A stretch of DNA of 61,368 nucleotides, the filler included, from Sluysia triapertura (Eukaryota), in assembly GCA_046118255.1 (NCBI GenBank). It is 5 parts of 5 records of this genome, joined end to end, with 100 filler letters (N's around TTAATTAATTAA, not from the genome) between each part and the next. Parts side by side here need not be neighbours in the genome. Positions count along the whole stretch, not along the records: positions 11,974 to 25,567 come from JBJNIA010030498.1; positions 25,668 to 37,730 come from JBJNIA010142722.1; 3 more parts are not named here. One strand, given 5' to 3'. The notes under the pieces were generated by a model. The model worked only from the letters and a program-made list of their open reading frames with translations, was not told the origin of the DNA and made no database searches. This document shows, piece after piece, positions 13,400-26,965 of this stretch (positions are counted from its first letter, which is position 1; the number at the start of each line of letters is the position of its first letter). The translations under genes were made by a program, and so were the position numbers.

Positions 13400-13960
13400 T
13401 CTATTCTTAACTGAATTTTTTCATTATATCCGTGAATTTGATTTTGCGATTTATTAATGTCTCTCGAACAATCTAATTGCTAACAATAAATATCAGCAAT
13501 AATTCCATTATTATACATTGCAGAAGCCTAATTTTTGTTTGGTTACTGACACTAACCAATCCACATGATCAAAAGATGTGCATAATTCTTATCTGACCAA
13601 CGAACTCGATATCGTCGAGATAATTTATGTAAAACCCAAACACTAGCCAAACAAATGGCTTTGAAATGAATTTCAATAATTTTAAAACAATTGTGTGATA
13701 TTTGGAAAGAATTTGTCCAATGAAAAATCAACTTGGAATCATTTAATTAATCATTGCAAAGATCGTTGCCTAGTTCATCAGGACAAAGAAACTGTTTTTT
13801 TAATCGAAGTTATTTGCTCTGTATACAAATATTAGTGGTAGTCGCTGAAGAATTTGATCCACGATGCAATTAATGTAATATTATGTCTAATGTAAATGTC
13901 TTCAAAACCCATTTCACAAACGGTGAATTACAAAGATAATGTAGCATTGAATAATTTATA
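13400..13960 (-). mobile_element. Degraded mariner transposase remnant
   Basis: Frame-shifted pieces IRHNI..RGSNSSATTTNIC, IHFKAI..SVWVLHKLS (WVPHEL-like) and IIADIYC*QLD. Confidence 0.55.
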
Positions 13961-14753
13961 AAATTACTTCTAAAATCTAAGAAACATTTTACTATTTAAT
14001 TTAGCGAATGTTGTCAGAATAATTTATATAAAGTGATTAATTTAATTATGAAAAATATGTATTTAATAAATAGGTGTAGTAATTGCTTTTATTGTAGGTC
14101 AGAATTTTGATATTTTAAGATTCAGCAATGTTTCTCATGTTCTAACAAAAATTATAATTTGGTTAATTCGAAAAAAATATAAAATTATTTATCTTCAAAA
14201 TCAATTATCCTAAAATTACTAAGCCTTTTTTTACTTAAATCTTACTAAGCTTTTTAATAAAAGTCAATTGTGTGAAATTACAACTAAATCAAATGTACAA
14301 GTTTAGAAGAGATTATTTCATTGTTTGAAATTTCGCAGCTTCCTATTACAAATTTGGCTTAAAGATTGTCAAACAATGATTTAAATGGGGATAAAATTGA
14401 AATCTAAGATATATGTAATTATATCTGTGTTATCAAAATATTTGTTTTGTTTTAATGTTTTATTTAGGAAAAATTTAAATTAATATGAAATATATTGAAT
14501 ATAAATAAATAATAAAGTTTTTATACAATGACAAAATGAATATTCATCAGAAATTAAGAATCAATATCAAAAATTTAATTCTGTAGAAAATGGTAAATCA
14601 TAAATCCTTAACATTTTTAATTCATATTAAAAACCTAATGCATATCAATATAAAAAAATTAACAGAAGAATTAAAAGGTCACTTGACTTAGTTTCAAGTT
14701 TTTAAGCATTTGTAGAAGCTTTTCAGGTCAGAAAAACTACTATTCTAAAAGTA

Positions 14754-15595
14754 GGGTAAGGTTGCTCAAGTCGTACCACATGCATTTTGCACAAACTATG
14801 TCGACAACAGCATATACGTCGGCAATTAGATATACATCTGAGTGAGCTAAGTTGTGTAAAAGTAGGGTATATACCGTAATCAAGCCACGTTGTAAATTTT
14901 CTCATCAAGTATATTTCAATTTTCTTATAATTTTCTGGATATGTTTGGTAGTTAATCTTGCAAGTAGATTATTGCTAAATTTATGTTTCATATTAAACAT
15001 AAGTTCAGTAGAATTTACCTAATCATTTGGTCGAAACGAAATTCGATTCATTTTATTCAGTAGAATTTACCTAATCATTTGGTCGAACGAAATTCGAATC
15101 ATTTTATTCAATATTAAGTGAATAAAGAAAAACAAATTGCAGGAAATAAGTGGTATTAAACTTCATGAAGGATAATCCTTGTTTGTTTTTACGTACTGCA
15201 GAGGCAACATCGATGGCCACAGCCAAGGCTTTCAATAAAGAAAATGTTTATGGATTCTTTGATAAGTACGAATCTATATTAAATGAATAGAACTTCACTG
15301 CTAACCAGATTATAACGTTGATGAAACAGGATTGTCCACTGTTCACAAACCATCCAAAATAATTGCTCAGAACGGTTGTACGACTTAGGCTATAGGTGGT
15401 ACGACTTAAAACAAGAAATAAGTTTTAAAGAATTAGTTTCATTACGTGAAAGCATATAGATTATTCTAATTTAGTTATAATACATAATATCAGTATTAAG
15501 AACGTGTTGAGTAACATTTAATTTCTATTTATTTGATAAATCCTAAGTTTTATACAGTTCTTTCCTTAAGGAGTAGGACTTGAGCAACCTTACCC
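14754..15595 (+). mobile_element. Internally deleted pogo/Tigger-like (DDE_1) DNA transposon
   Basis: 19-bp TIRs GGGTAAGGTTGCTCAAGTC with TA on both sides. Internal remnant LRTAEATSMATAKAFNKENV...YNVDETGLSTVHKPSKIIAQ. Internal tandem duplication of about 52 bp at 15004-15110. Confidence 0.92.
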
Positions 15596-17396
15596 TATGT
15601 TAAGATCCTGAATCCGATAAAATAAATACGTGGAATATTGAAATATGATGCCTATTGTTTTGCTAAATTTATCTGTAATCTTGTTTTGGTATTTAATGTT
15701 AGGCTTAATGCATGATAAACGTACCAAGTATTACCAATTATTATTAATCTCGTAATTAAATAACAAAAATTGTGTTAATAAATTAAATTAAAAAAATAAT
15801 TAAGCAATTGTTTTATTTGAATGATCCATTAATGAATCGACTAAAAATAAGCGATTCAGACTAGAAATTAGAACAACAATCAGGAAATCAATCACAATTT
15901 TAATTGTTGCATTGAAAGAAACTGAGAAAATTGATTTATGTATCAGATGTTTTTAATAGAAAAAGTAGAAGAAATCTTTTATTTACTTTAATAATATAAA
16001 TTCAAAAAGTTATTAATTAAGAAATTGTATTTATGATTTTGATATTTATTATAATACATTTTATATTATAATTATAATTATTTTCATTTTTAATAAAATA
16101 GTTGTGGTGGCCAACCTATCACCTTATAAATTTTATTTTATCATCACACAACATAATCACCCTTCACAACATTTCATAACACGTCAGACACAAAATTTAT
16201 GACATCAAAATCATATTCGTCATCCAAAATCATTAACACATTAAATTTTACTTAAAACATTTCAACCTATAAGTCATAAAATCAGAATTACAATTTATAC
16301 CTTTAATTACCAATACATTTAAAAATTTACTTAAAACAATTTTATTCTCTATCTCGTGACATTAAAAATCACAATCACATCCTAAATCACAAATAAACAC
16401 CTTCAAATCAAGACAAAACATTTTCAATTCATAATCCGTTAATATTCAATCTCTAATACCACTGAAAACATTAAATGAATATTTTGAAACCATTTTTAGA
16501 CATTGTAATCAAAATAACATCCTTTAAACATTTTTGTATCGATCTTTTCTTTCAAACATTCTCTTATCAACTCTTCTATAAATAAGATAGTTGTAATTGC
16601 CGAACAAATTTCTTTTAAATGAAATAAGAAATATAACCAATATTCCAAAAACATTCGAAGAAAGAAATGAAGTGTCCACAGAATCAAAAAAGAAAAGAAC
16701 TAGAAATAACTTTTATTAGAAGTATTAAGCTAAAAGGATTTTAATTTTAATCATTTTTTAAAGATTAATTTTAATACGTTAAGAAAATAGTAAATTAAAA
16801 AGAAAGATCATGTTATTGCATTTAAAATAGTTTGTGTTTAATTAATTCAACATTTTCATTATTTCACCGTATTCATGAATATAATCATTATCATTTTAAT
16901 CGATTTTATTATTATCATATTGATATTAATAATTAAACAATTGTGTGAACATATTTTAATAACTGCCAGCGGTTGACAGTTCTAATTAGACAAAACCACA
17001 TTGATTATATTTGCTGTCAACTTCTGACAATCGTATAATGAAAATCTCATGTTGACACAAATGTTCAACATTGCCCAAATCGATTTATGCATGATTGGAC
17101 AGTTAATCAATTTTCTTTACTTGTATACACATTGCAATTAGAATTTTATACAACACACTTAAAATAACTGGTCCATTGGTAGTGAAAAATTCTGGTGTTA
17201 TGAGATCATTATAAGGTGAATATTTTGAAGTTAAAAAAATATATAAAAAGCGATTATTAATAACAATTGTTTGATTTAAAAATCTTTGTTAAACGATTTA
17301 GTTTCAATAACTGTTATTCAAGAATTCGAATTCATTTCAAACCTATTTTAAATATTATTTACACCAAACTTAATTTTTTTATTTTTCTTTTCAAAT

Positions 17397-18071
17397 ATGC
17401 AACAACCGGCCAAGCATCTAAAAGATTCAAGTTATATCAAGTATAATAAAGTTGTTGAAGTTATGTTATCAACCGATCGAAAACACTTACAAAATAATCC
17501 TTATCAAGATTTACCACAATTTATTGGCTTTGGACTAACTTTCAGTGCTCCTCATATGTATTCTTATCGATTGAACTTATCGATATTTGTTCTTTATCTT
17601 CAAATCGCATATTAAAGTTTCTAGATCAAATAAATGCTGGATATGTTCCTAGTAGAAAATTCACTCAATTGTTTCATGATTGTCAAATAAAGTTATTCAG
17701 TAACAATTATCTCAACATCTCTTATAATATTCTGATAAGAATAGATGAACATATGAAGTTCTTCATCGATGTTGACTCATATAATGAAAAATAAGATGAT
17801 GCAATCAGTTGAACACACAACAAAAGTTAAATTTAAAACTAACAATAATCTTCAAACTCATAATTATCATTCCCGCTATGTTAAATTCGGCTTATGTTTA
17901 CATGGTACAAAGCAAAATAGAAAATGTTCCAGATTCGGCACAAATGCCTTCGAAATTGAAGATGTTTTCGGTTTGGTTTCAGATGTCATCAATCATCATC
18001 GCAGAATTCGTGATTTAATACTATCTGTGGCAACATTTCCAGTTTACACCACTAACGACTACAACATTAAA
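17397..18071 (+). pseudogene. Decayed ORF of unknown family
   Basis: Overlapping protein-like frames (ELIDICSLSSNRILKFLDQINAGY..., ...EDVFGLVSDVINHHRRIRDLILSVATFPVY) broken by frameshifts. No recognisable motif. Confidence 0.35.
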
Positions 18072-18834
18072 GTAATTTCGATTTACATTTTTTTGATCCT
18101 ATTATTACTCGATTTATATATTTATACTCTTAATTTATTTAGGAGTTTTATAATGCCAATATCGAGGTATACACAGGAAACAATTAGTCCAAAAACAAAA
18201 TTTAATTTTAAATGTTGTAGAGTCTAAAAAAATTAATCTAATGTTTGTCCTATTTTATTTTTATTTCATGAATAATAAATTAAACGAAAATTTAATCAAA
18301 TGTCATAATAATTTTGTAATTTTTGAATTTTTTACAATGTTACCTAATAAATATCAATTAAATCAAAATTTTAAAATTATAACTATACTTCAACAACATC
18401 TATCACAACAAGAGTTAATGATATAAACAGATAAATGACATGTTTTTCACTATATTTAAGTTTGGAATACCATGGTGCAGTTGAAATTATGCTGTGCCCT
18501 ATAGAATAATATAAACATCGAAAAATTAATGCGAAATGGCAGTATAATTATAGATATTTATAGAAAATATTAATCTTATGTAGAATATTCGAGAGATAGA
18601 AATCTAAATTCAATAGTATTCTGATCAAAGAAGCTTGAAAATATAGAACAATTCGATTAAAGCATCTGGAGTTTCAACTTTCTAAAGCATAAAAAAAGTA
18701 AATTACTTTGGAAGATAATTTTTATGAATTAATAAATAAATTCAGTCATTAATTTTTTTAAATCGTAATAGTATCACCTATCAAATATTACGTAAATAAT
18801 ATTATAAACAAAAAGTTAAAAATGCGAAACAAAC

Positions 18835-19102
18835 CCGTGACTTTATTAAAAGTGTGAAAATTAATCAATGTTTCTTCACCTTCACCAGCTGTATTGATTG
18901 GAACAATTTTGACAATATAATGTTGGTATGGTTCTAAACCAAACACTGAAAAAGTGTTTTTAGGATAATCTACCCGAGAATCATTTGGACCCGGATAAAC
19001 CCGACCCCATTTGATTTGATAATACAAAGGTATGGCATTGTCTGGATGATCCCAAGATAATTCAAAACTATTATTTGTGGCAACTACTTTCACATTTTTA
19101 AC
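18835..19102 (-). CDS. DCC: Fibronectin type III exon of a DCC/neogenin/frazzled-like netrin receptor
   Basis: CAG acceptor. LSWDHP..YYQIKWGRVYPGPNDSRVD..FSVFGLEPYQHYIVKIVPINTAGEG resembles the fourth FN3 of DCC ([34 protein letters not shown]). Donor position is approximate. Confidence 0.75.
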
Positions 19103-20022
19103 CTGTTAGCATATAATAAAATTATTAATAAACTACATGTTTTTATTAAAAAAATCGCTTAAATCAATCTGGATTCTGTGTATTTGTATGAAACATTAAA
19201 AGTTTATAACTTATTTTACTGAGACAGAGAGCTATCCATTTTGGATGGAGAATAGAAAATAGAGTGAAAAACATTTACATATGCTACTTAAATACATTAC
19301 TGGTTTATTTATTTCACAATATTGAAGAAATATCAGTAATTGCTTCAAAAATCAATAATATATTTTGATAATATATTTTCAAAATTTCTTCCCTGTTTTG
19401 TACAAATTCATCTTTTACAAATATCAGAAAAAAGAAATAATAAAATCGTTGTATTATTTGTCTGAATGGGGAATATCAACCATCTGATGTTTTAAGTTAT
19501 TAATTTGTACAATAATAATAATAGAATAAAATACAGAATAATTATAGCACAATAAGAACAAGATAAAGAATAATAATAATAAAATAATAAAACTTCTAAA
19601 TAATGATTATATTTAAAATTTAAATTTCTGTCTTAGTTTAGTAGGAATGAAGATATCAGAATGAATAGTTGTTTATTGTAGATAAATTGTTTGTGTCATT
19701 GGCATGTTTGAAAGTTTGTTGCTATTTTGAGTCTTGACACAAAGAAAAAATGTACAGTGATTATAAATTAATTCTCCTTCGTAGAATAAATAATAAATCA
19801 TACCTATTTTCTGTAATTAAAGCAGTGTGCAGCCTACTGGCACGTTACGCTAGTGAGAGTTCTCGTTAATGAGGATCGTTCATGTTTGCTGCTTTATTTT
19901 AGCTTATGTGCTCATCAATCAATCGCTTATGAATTGTTAATTCTTTGTAGGTTAATTAACAAATATCTTCCTGAGTTAAAAACAACTTGTTGAATTTATT
20001 TTATTTTTAAATACAAAAGTTA

Positions 20023-20167
20023 GATAATGAAAATGAAAAATCGAATTGAAATTCAATAGATTTTGAAATATATCTATTTATTGTCAGATATAATATTATT
20101 TCGAGCTCAGTGACTTAGGTTTAATACAGTAAAGTATATTGAAACAAAAGTAATTTTTATATGCTAA
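20023..20167 (+). repeat. Dispersed repeat of about 140 bp; direct copy at 20962-21105
   Basis: AAAATGAAAAATCGAA..TTCAATAGATTTT.AAATATATCT..TAGGTTTAATA..AAGTATATTGAAAC is present in both. Confidence 0.8.
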
Positions 20168-20272
20168 TATATAATAATATATAAATAATATAACAAAATA
20201 ATATAATATATTATATTATTATAAACACATTTTGTAAAATATCCATCAAATAAATATAAATATAAATGTAAC

Positions 20273-20532
20273 CTTATCTAATTTCCTAGGACTGAGATCA
20301 TAAAGAGGAAGTTTTAGTGCTGATCGATTTGTAATCTGATTATGATTAATATTTGTCATCATATTATCACTATAAGTAAAACCATCTCTAATATTTGGAA
20401 CAAGGGATTCTTGGTCATATACATTAGGATTTTCTTTGGTTACAAATTCTACTGGAGGATCATTGAAAGGTCCAGGACCACCTCTAGTTACTGCTTGTAC
20501 TTTTATTAGGTATTTAGTGCTTGGTGTCAAAC
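20273..20532 (-). CDS. DCC: Preceding FN3 exon of the same DCC/neogenin-like gene
   Basis: CAG acceptor and GT donor. GLTPSTKYLIKVQAVTRGGPGP is an FN3 C-terminal half. Splices in phase 0 to the 19102 exon. Confidence 0.75.
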
Positions 20533-21183
20533 CTGCATAATAATGATTATTATTATGATTATTAAAATCAATATATTAATTTATTTATTTGTACTTTGAA
20601 ATAAAAGATTTCACTGATTTTATGGTCAAATCACAGCTATCACATATTTACACTGTTTTGCTCTTATTTAAGGAAATTGCAGAAACCCACTTTATGAATA
20701 TACGTATTTCGATAACACGATTTTTACTATAAACATTTGTAAAATTAAGTTAAAATAACAACTTATTTATTTATGCACACAATTTTGTACTAGTTATTGG
20801 TCTCATTTATCATGATTTTATATAATACAATATTTTCTACTTATCATGTCTGTAACAGTAAGCAATAATATTAATTGTAAATTTCATGCTGAAGTTTATA
20901 ACTGAAAGATGTAACACAATATTGAAATTTATTTAATTATTTTTCAATGTAACAGCTAGACAATAAAAATGAAAAATCGAAATGAATTCAATAGATTTTA
21001 AAATATATCTTTTTATTGTTAGATACATTATTATTTCGAACTTCGCGGTCTAGGTTTAATATAATACAAGTATATTGAAACACAAAATTGTTTTATGTGC
21101 CAATTTTGTGAAATTGAAATATTTAAAAAACCTTAAACTCATTTTATTATTATTATTATAATAAAAATAACTGTTAAATTTGA

Positions 21184-21300
21184 GCCGATAGCTCAGAGGA
21201 AAGCGCACTAGATGTGAAGCGAGAAGACTTAGATTCGGATCCTGTTCAGTCCAGTTTCCGAAATCAATCATTTGATGAACCTACATTTTGTACATCCATG
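21184..21300 (+). mobile_element. tRNA-derived SINE (degenerate)
   Basis: A-box-like TAGCTCAGAGG and B-box-like GATTCGGATCC, then TCATTTGATGA as in the 41.9-kb copy. Confidence 0.6.
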
Positions 21301-21710
21301 TGTAATTAATAAATTCAAGTTTGAATTGTGGAAATATTTAAGAAAAAAGTTGCTAGAACACTGGTTTTAAATTGAAAATTATCTTTTGCCCACAGAAATG
21401 TTTACAAATAGTATTTTATCAAGCATATTGTTCTTTTGTCGAAGTTTTCCGCTTAAATAATGCATTAATTAAATGACACCTTTACTCGAAACGGAGACAA
21501 TTTTGTAATTTGAAAAAATCGATAAAAATACAATAAAATGAAAGTAAATAACTAGACAGACAAATTTTGAAAAAATTGAAGTTAAAGAAAATAATTCGAC
21601 TAATTTAAATATTAGGGAAATAAAAAGAAGCTTCCATTAAAACAAAGAAAAAATATATCTTATTATTTTAATAAAATTATATATTATTATATTATATGAT
21701 TATATGATTA

Positions 21711-21762
<52 letters not shown>
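21711..21762. repeat. (TTA)n microsatellite
   Basis: Direct reading. Similar tracts at 8483-8527, 23455-23520, 40876-40929 and 52096-52160. Confidence 0.95.
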
Positions 21763-21764
<2 letters not shown>

Positions 21765-22149
21765 ATACATTGATAACAATTATCTAATATTTTCGAAAAT
21801 TTGTCTGCAAAAGAATTAATTTAAATAATAAAGAATTTATATATTTTTTAATTAAAATAAATTGCTTTCTTTTACCTTCAAAATCCAAAAGAAAATTTAA
21901 ACTAATTTAAACGGAAATATATTCAAATCATCTAGATGATTTTGAATAATCTTAATAATAAGCTACTTTATATTTGAGCAACTAAAATTAAAATAATTGA
22001 AAATATTTTGTCTTTTTTTTTCATCAAATTGTAAATATAAATAAAATGATTAATAATTGTTTAAAACTTTAGTGCATTTTTGTCTATTATAAAAGTAATA
22101 GAAACATGTCCGATTTTTAAATAATCTATTTTTTAATTTATTAACAAAT

Positions 22150-23311
22150 TCGTAAGATTGAAAAAGACAAATCATTCTTAAGACATATCTTTTCGGATAA
22201 ATAACTCAATTGTGCCATTTATGGCTGGGAAATTTATAGTGAAACGGACAAGCTTTTATGATGCATTCAAATATATTCCTTTTTTATTATTTCGTCGATT
22301 CAACTTAAAAATTTTACAATAAAAAAGCACTCCTTTCGCATAAGTACTTTTGACTCACCATATTGATCCATTGAACGAAACAAATAGTAAACTACAGCAA
22401 CGAGATCTGAATTAATTCGAATCCATAATGATAATTTAATAAATTCTTTGTTTTTTCGACGTTTAAGGTTTCTGTGACTAATTCTCGATAACGATCAATC
22501 ATTATAGCTGTGTAGATCAGAGTTGGTAGATTGACAATCAGGAATCAATCGAAGTGAACTCTATTTTCAAAATGCCGCCAAATACGCAATGAAACGTTTA
22601 TCTAAACACCATTTTTCATTTTCTTTGTTACGGTATTAGTAATAATCCTTTTAAAATATCATACGTCATTAGGGTAATCAATTAAATATTTGTAAATATG
22701 TCATCTTCCTTTTCTTTGATTTCCATCCGAATCAAGTGGTATTTTCTTGTTTATTAATACCTATTAATCTTTCCTAGCAATTTCAAACTCTTATTTTAAA
22801 AAGAAATTTTTCAATAAAATATTTAATTTAAGTTATTAAATGTTTAAGAATGTAATACTCTTTAAAACAAGGGTCTATGCACAATCCAACGTTGAATTCA
22901 CTACAGTGAAATTGTGTATCAGTTCTTCTTTGATCTCATCTATTCGTGTGGCTGTGTACTATGCATTTTCTTCTAGATTGAAACTTTGATGGAAAATGTA
23001 TTTTATTCCGAATTTAATAGGAAAAATAACACGATAAATAATAATAATAATAAATAACAATAATACGATAAAAAGCATTTTATTGATGAAATAACTCATT
23101 TTAAGATAATTGCTAAGACGCATATATGCATCGCCCATTCCGAAAGGATTAAAAAATGCGAATTGATTTGTTTCAACGAAAATCTTTGTGGCATCCAAAT
23201 CTGTGATACCTGGGTAACCAGATCTATCTTTGTTTTAAGCTGTATACATCCATCATTAAACCTTTGCACATCATTCTGCATACATCCACTGTTGCAGTTC
23301 TTTTTCTTCAA
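22150..23311 (-). pseudogene. Decayed ORF of unknown family with one hydrophobic segment
   Basis: Chained frames MKKKNCNSGC.., MDATKIFVETNQF..MLFIVLLLFIIIIIYR.. and YTATRIDEIKEELIHNF.. with many stops. Confidence 0.3.
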
Positions 23312-23449
23312 TAATCGCTATTTTATTGTAATTTTATTAAACATTAAGAGGAAATAATAGTTTTGATAATGTTGAAAATTATATTACAAAAAGGTATATT
23401 GCTTATGAACATCTAATATTGCAATTACATTATTTCAATTAGAAAACAT

Positions 23450-23502
<53 letters not shown>

Positions 23503-24499
23503 CATTATTATTAATATTAATATTAATTAATACACGGAAAAGCACATAAAACAGGTGATTAACATAAAATTTTTATTTTCTAACCTTGTGTTTTCTTAAA
23601 TAGGATATATAAAAATAAATGTAATGTCTCTTAAAAAAGGATAAATTGTTTTACTACTTATTTCAACATTCCTACATAATTTATTATAAAAATATGAGTC
23701 ATTCATTTGGTTTGATGTATCATCTATAAAGTTGTGTAATGAATTCATTTGTTATGCACTTTTAAATAATGAATGTGAGTAAATAATATAAATTTTGTGA
23801 ATATAATTTCGAAAATTAATTTTCTATGTTTAATAAGTTACATATTCATATTTAAGATTGTTTAGAAATAATGATTTTAAAGAATATTAACAAAATATTT
23901 TCAATCATACATAGTTTTAAAAATTTAACTGAAAATCAAAAAAGTTTTGTTTTAAATTTCAAATATAAAATCTTGGTAAAATAAACCTATAAATTATTGA
24001 ACTATTGCACCACGACCTTTAAAAATTTAGTCTTGAAACCATAATAGACTTGAAATAATAATAATAAAATTAATAAAGATTATCTTCATTACAAGGATAT
24101 CTGAGCATAAAAACTTAATTTTGGCACAAAACAGAAAGAAACTTTCAAAAATCACAATTAAAAGCAAAGAATATTAAAAAGAACTACAATTGAATAATAC
24201 AAAAGAATGTCAAATTTATACAAATTGATCGAAATTTTGAAAAACTTAGCAAAGAAAAAGTGCAACATGACACAAAATAATATTATTTATCAAGCAAAGG
24301 ATTAAAAACTCAGTATTGCAGGTAAAACATTAACAAAGATTGCAAAATTAATTTTTACAATTAATGTCATTCTCGATGGTTTCTAGAGGAATCAGAAAAA
24401 TAAAAAGTGAGTATTGGAATTTTAGTTGTGTATTACAGGGTTTTTCAATCCTATAATAACATGTGTGCTATCCCATCTAAACTTTTTTAGAACTCATAT

Positions 24500-24880
24500 G
24501 AAAAGAAAGGTTCTAAAGGTTAATGCAAGAGACTTAAGGTCAAACAATTAAAGAGATACCTTGATCTTTCCAGGTTTATAAGAAAGCGGTTGCAAAAATC
24601 ATTATAACAAAGTGAAGCTAGTGACATTTTTGTGACTAGTGAATAAAAATGGAAAAGAACATCTGGGTCAAGAAATGAACAATTAACAGAAGCTAATCTA
24701 TTAATTTTTAATATTGTAAGCTCTAATAATGCTATAACTCAATAGGAAATTTGATTCATTCTTAAAGAGATTCAATATACTACAATCTCAAGGCCAATAT
24801 CTAAAATGAATATTACAAGAACAAGGCTCTCTCTCGTGCTCGAAGAACGAAATACTATCGAGAAAATTAATGTACCTAAA
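24500..24880 (+). mobile_element. Tc1/IS630-like transposase N-terminal remnant
   Basis: KMNITRTRLSLVLEERNTIEKI resembles the linker before the DDE domain of Tc1/IS630 transposases. Confidence 0.45.
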
Positions 24881-25567
24881 CTTTATAATTTTTTTAGTTA
24901 CATGTTAATATTGATCTGCAGACATTTTAATGTAGGACTACAAAACGCTGTAATTAAATCAATATAATCATTAATTTAAAATCAAAATTACTTTAATAAT
25001 AAAATTGAATCAGAATTACATTGAGTTATATATTAATAGTATTACGTCGTGTCATTTTGGTTAATTTATACTATATTAAAATAGTACTATACTTTAAGCT
25101 TTAATATTAGTGGGTTCTTAACTATTTTTTAATAAATGTAAGTTATAGAAATATTACAATATATTAATTCACTTTCATCGAAATTCATTATCAAATCAAC
25201 ATATATAAATGAAAACAAACAAAATATCCCAAAACATTTTACTAATCAAAAACACAAAATTAATAAATGCACATAAACTTCATAAATAAAAATATATGAA
25301 TGCACAAATAATAGTTGTATTTCTGAAATCAAATTTCATTGCAGGAAAACTGCACTTTGGAAAGTAAATCATTTTTTACGATTAGATTGTGGATTTATTA
25401 TGGTAAACTTTGATTAAGATGTAGCTTGAAGTCGTATTTCTTTAGAATATTTATTTTCATTTGGTAGGAAGTATTAAAAAGAAAGACTATTTTTCATAGA
25501 CACAATGATATTAACAGGTACATTAGTAATAATACAAAAACTAGAACACTGATAAAAGTTCTATATT

Positions 25568-25667
25568 NNNNNNNNNNNNNNNNNNNNNNNNNNNNNNNNN
25601 NNNNNNNNNNNTTAATTAATTAANNNNNNNNNNNNNNNNNNNNNNNNNNNNNNNNNNNNNNNNNNNN
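25568..25667. other. Artificial contig linker
   Basis: N44-TTAATTAATTAA-N44. Confidence 0.97.
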
Positions 25668-26965
25668 AAATGATGAGTTGTGTTGAATTTTGTGAGATGA
25701 GTTATAGTGAATGTTGTGTGATGAATTGTGATTGATACCGAATGACGAGTTCCCTACACTCTATTTAATAATATAAAGATGCAACATAATTTTTGGTGCC
25801 TCCAGTTATTTTAATTTGAGATTCAGCGTTAAACACATGTAGCTATATTATTTAATTTTTTTATTTAGAAAAGTATAATATTGTTGATTTTGGGTTAGTA
25901 TATTTACATTGATTATATAATAATAAATATTTTTTAGGATTTTTACTTTTTCGGAAATATTGTTATAAATTACGTTTTAAGGGCCAATTATTTTTTAGGA
26001 ATTTGGGGAATTAAATAAGTTATTTTTTTGAATTTTAATAAATTATGATACATTTTTTAGACCTGGTTAGTATTTTATATATTCTACAATTATATTTACA
26101 ATAAAAATATAATTATAATTATGTAATTTTTTATAATTATATCGCGAATACGAGTGCAAATATTTCTTTTGGATACTTATATATCAGTCAATATCAGATA
26201 AGTTCAAAATTTTGCGGTTGGGATGAAGCCAGATAATGTGAAAGAGATAGAGCTTTGGATACCTACCATAATTTTTGGAAGAAAAAAGTATGGAATGGGC
26301 TGATCTAATTAAGGAATTCAAAAATCAATTAGTTACTAAGGATACACAATTTACAAATAGTAGAAAATTCATGAACTTAGTAACTCAGTATATTTTTTGA
26401 CTTGAAGCAGCTGGCGTTAAAGGCCTTTCAAAATTTTAATCACGACCAGAGTTGTTAATTTCCGATGCTACGACTTTGGAAGATATTCAATCAAAAGCCA
26501 CGAAAATAGAATCTAGAATATCCGTTATTCTATACAAAGCTAGTTTTATGGTTTCTGATATTGAATCAAAAGAACGTCATGATATTAAAACATCCACTTC
26601 AACAACTGAAAATACTTATATACCTAAAGTCAATTTTTTGGATGGACGTGGCATTAGACAGCGTTTTGGTAGAGGTGATAGAAATTCCAATGGTGCACGC
26701 GGAAGATCACAAACTATACAAAAGAGAAGATCGATATGATCGCCGATAAAATGTAACAATCAATTTTACAATGACAATATAAATTGGAGAAATAGAACCC
26801 AATTTAATAATGAAAATAATTCTAGGAAAATGGTTCAATTTAAGGAAGACATTGTATGTTATTATTGTAATGAAAAAGGAAATATACGGCCAGAATGCAG
26901 ATTATTACTTAATAAAACTAATTTGTTTAACGGGCGAAATGATCAGAAACCAAACAAATGATAAG
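25668..26965 (+). mobile_element. Gypsy-like LTR retrotransposon 5' part: LTR end, PBS and decayed gag
   Basis: LTR-like end ...GATGCAACA (about 25786) and PBS-like TGGTGCCTCCAG (25794). Gag-like ATTLEDIQSKATKIES, an RG-rich tract, and zinc knuckle CYYCNEKGNIRPEC (26857-26898, H replaced by N). Confidence 0.75.

Noticed and set aside
23455-23520. Long (TAA)n-(TTA)n palindrome
   Set aside because: Two abutting microsatellites, common in this genome, with no associated feature.
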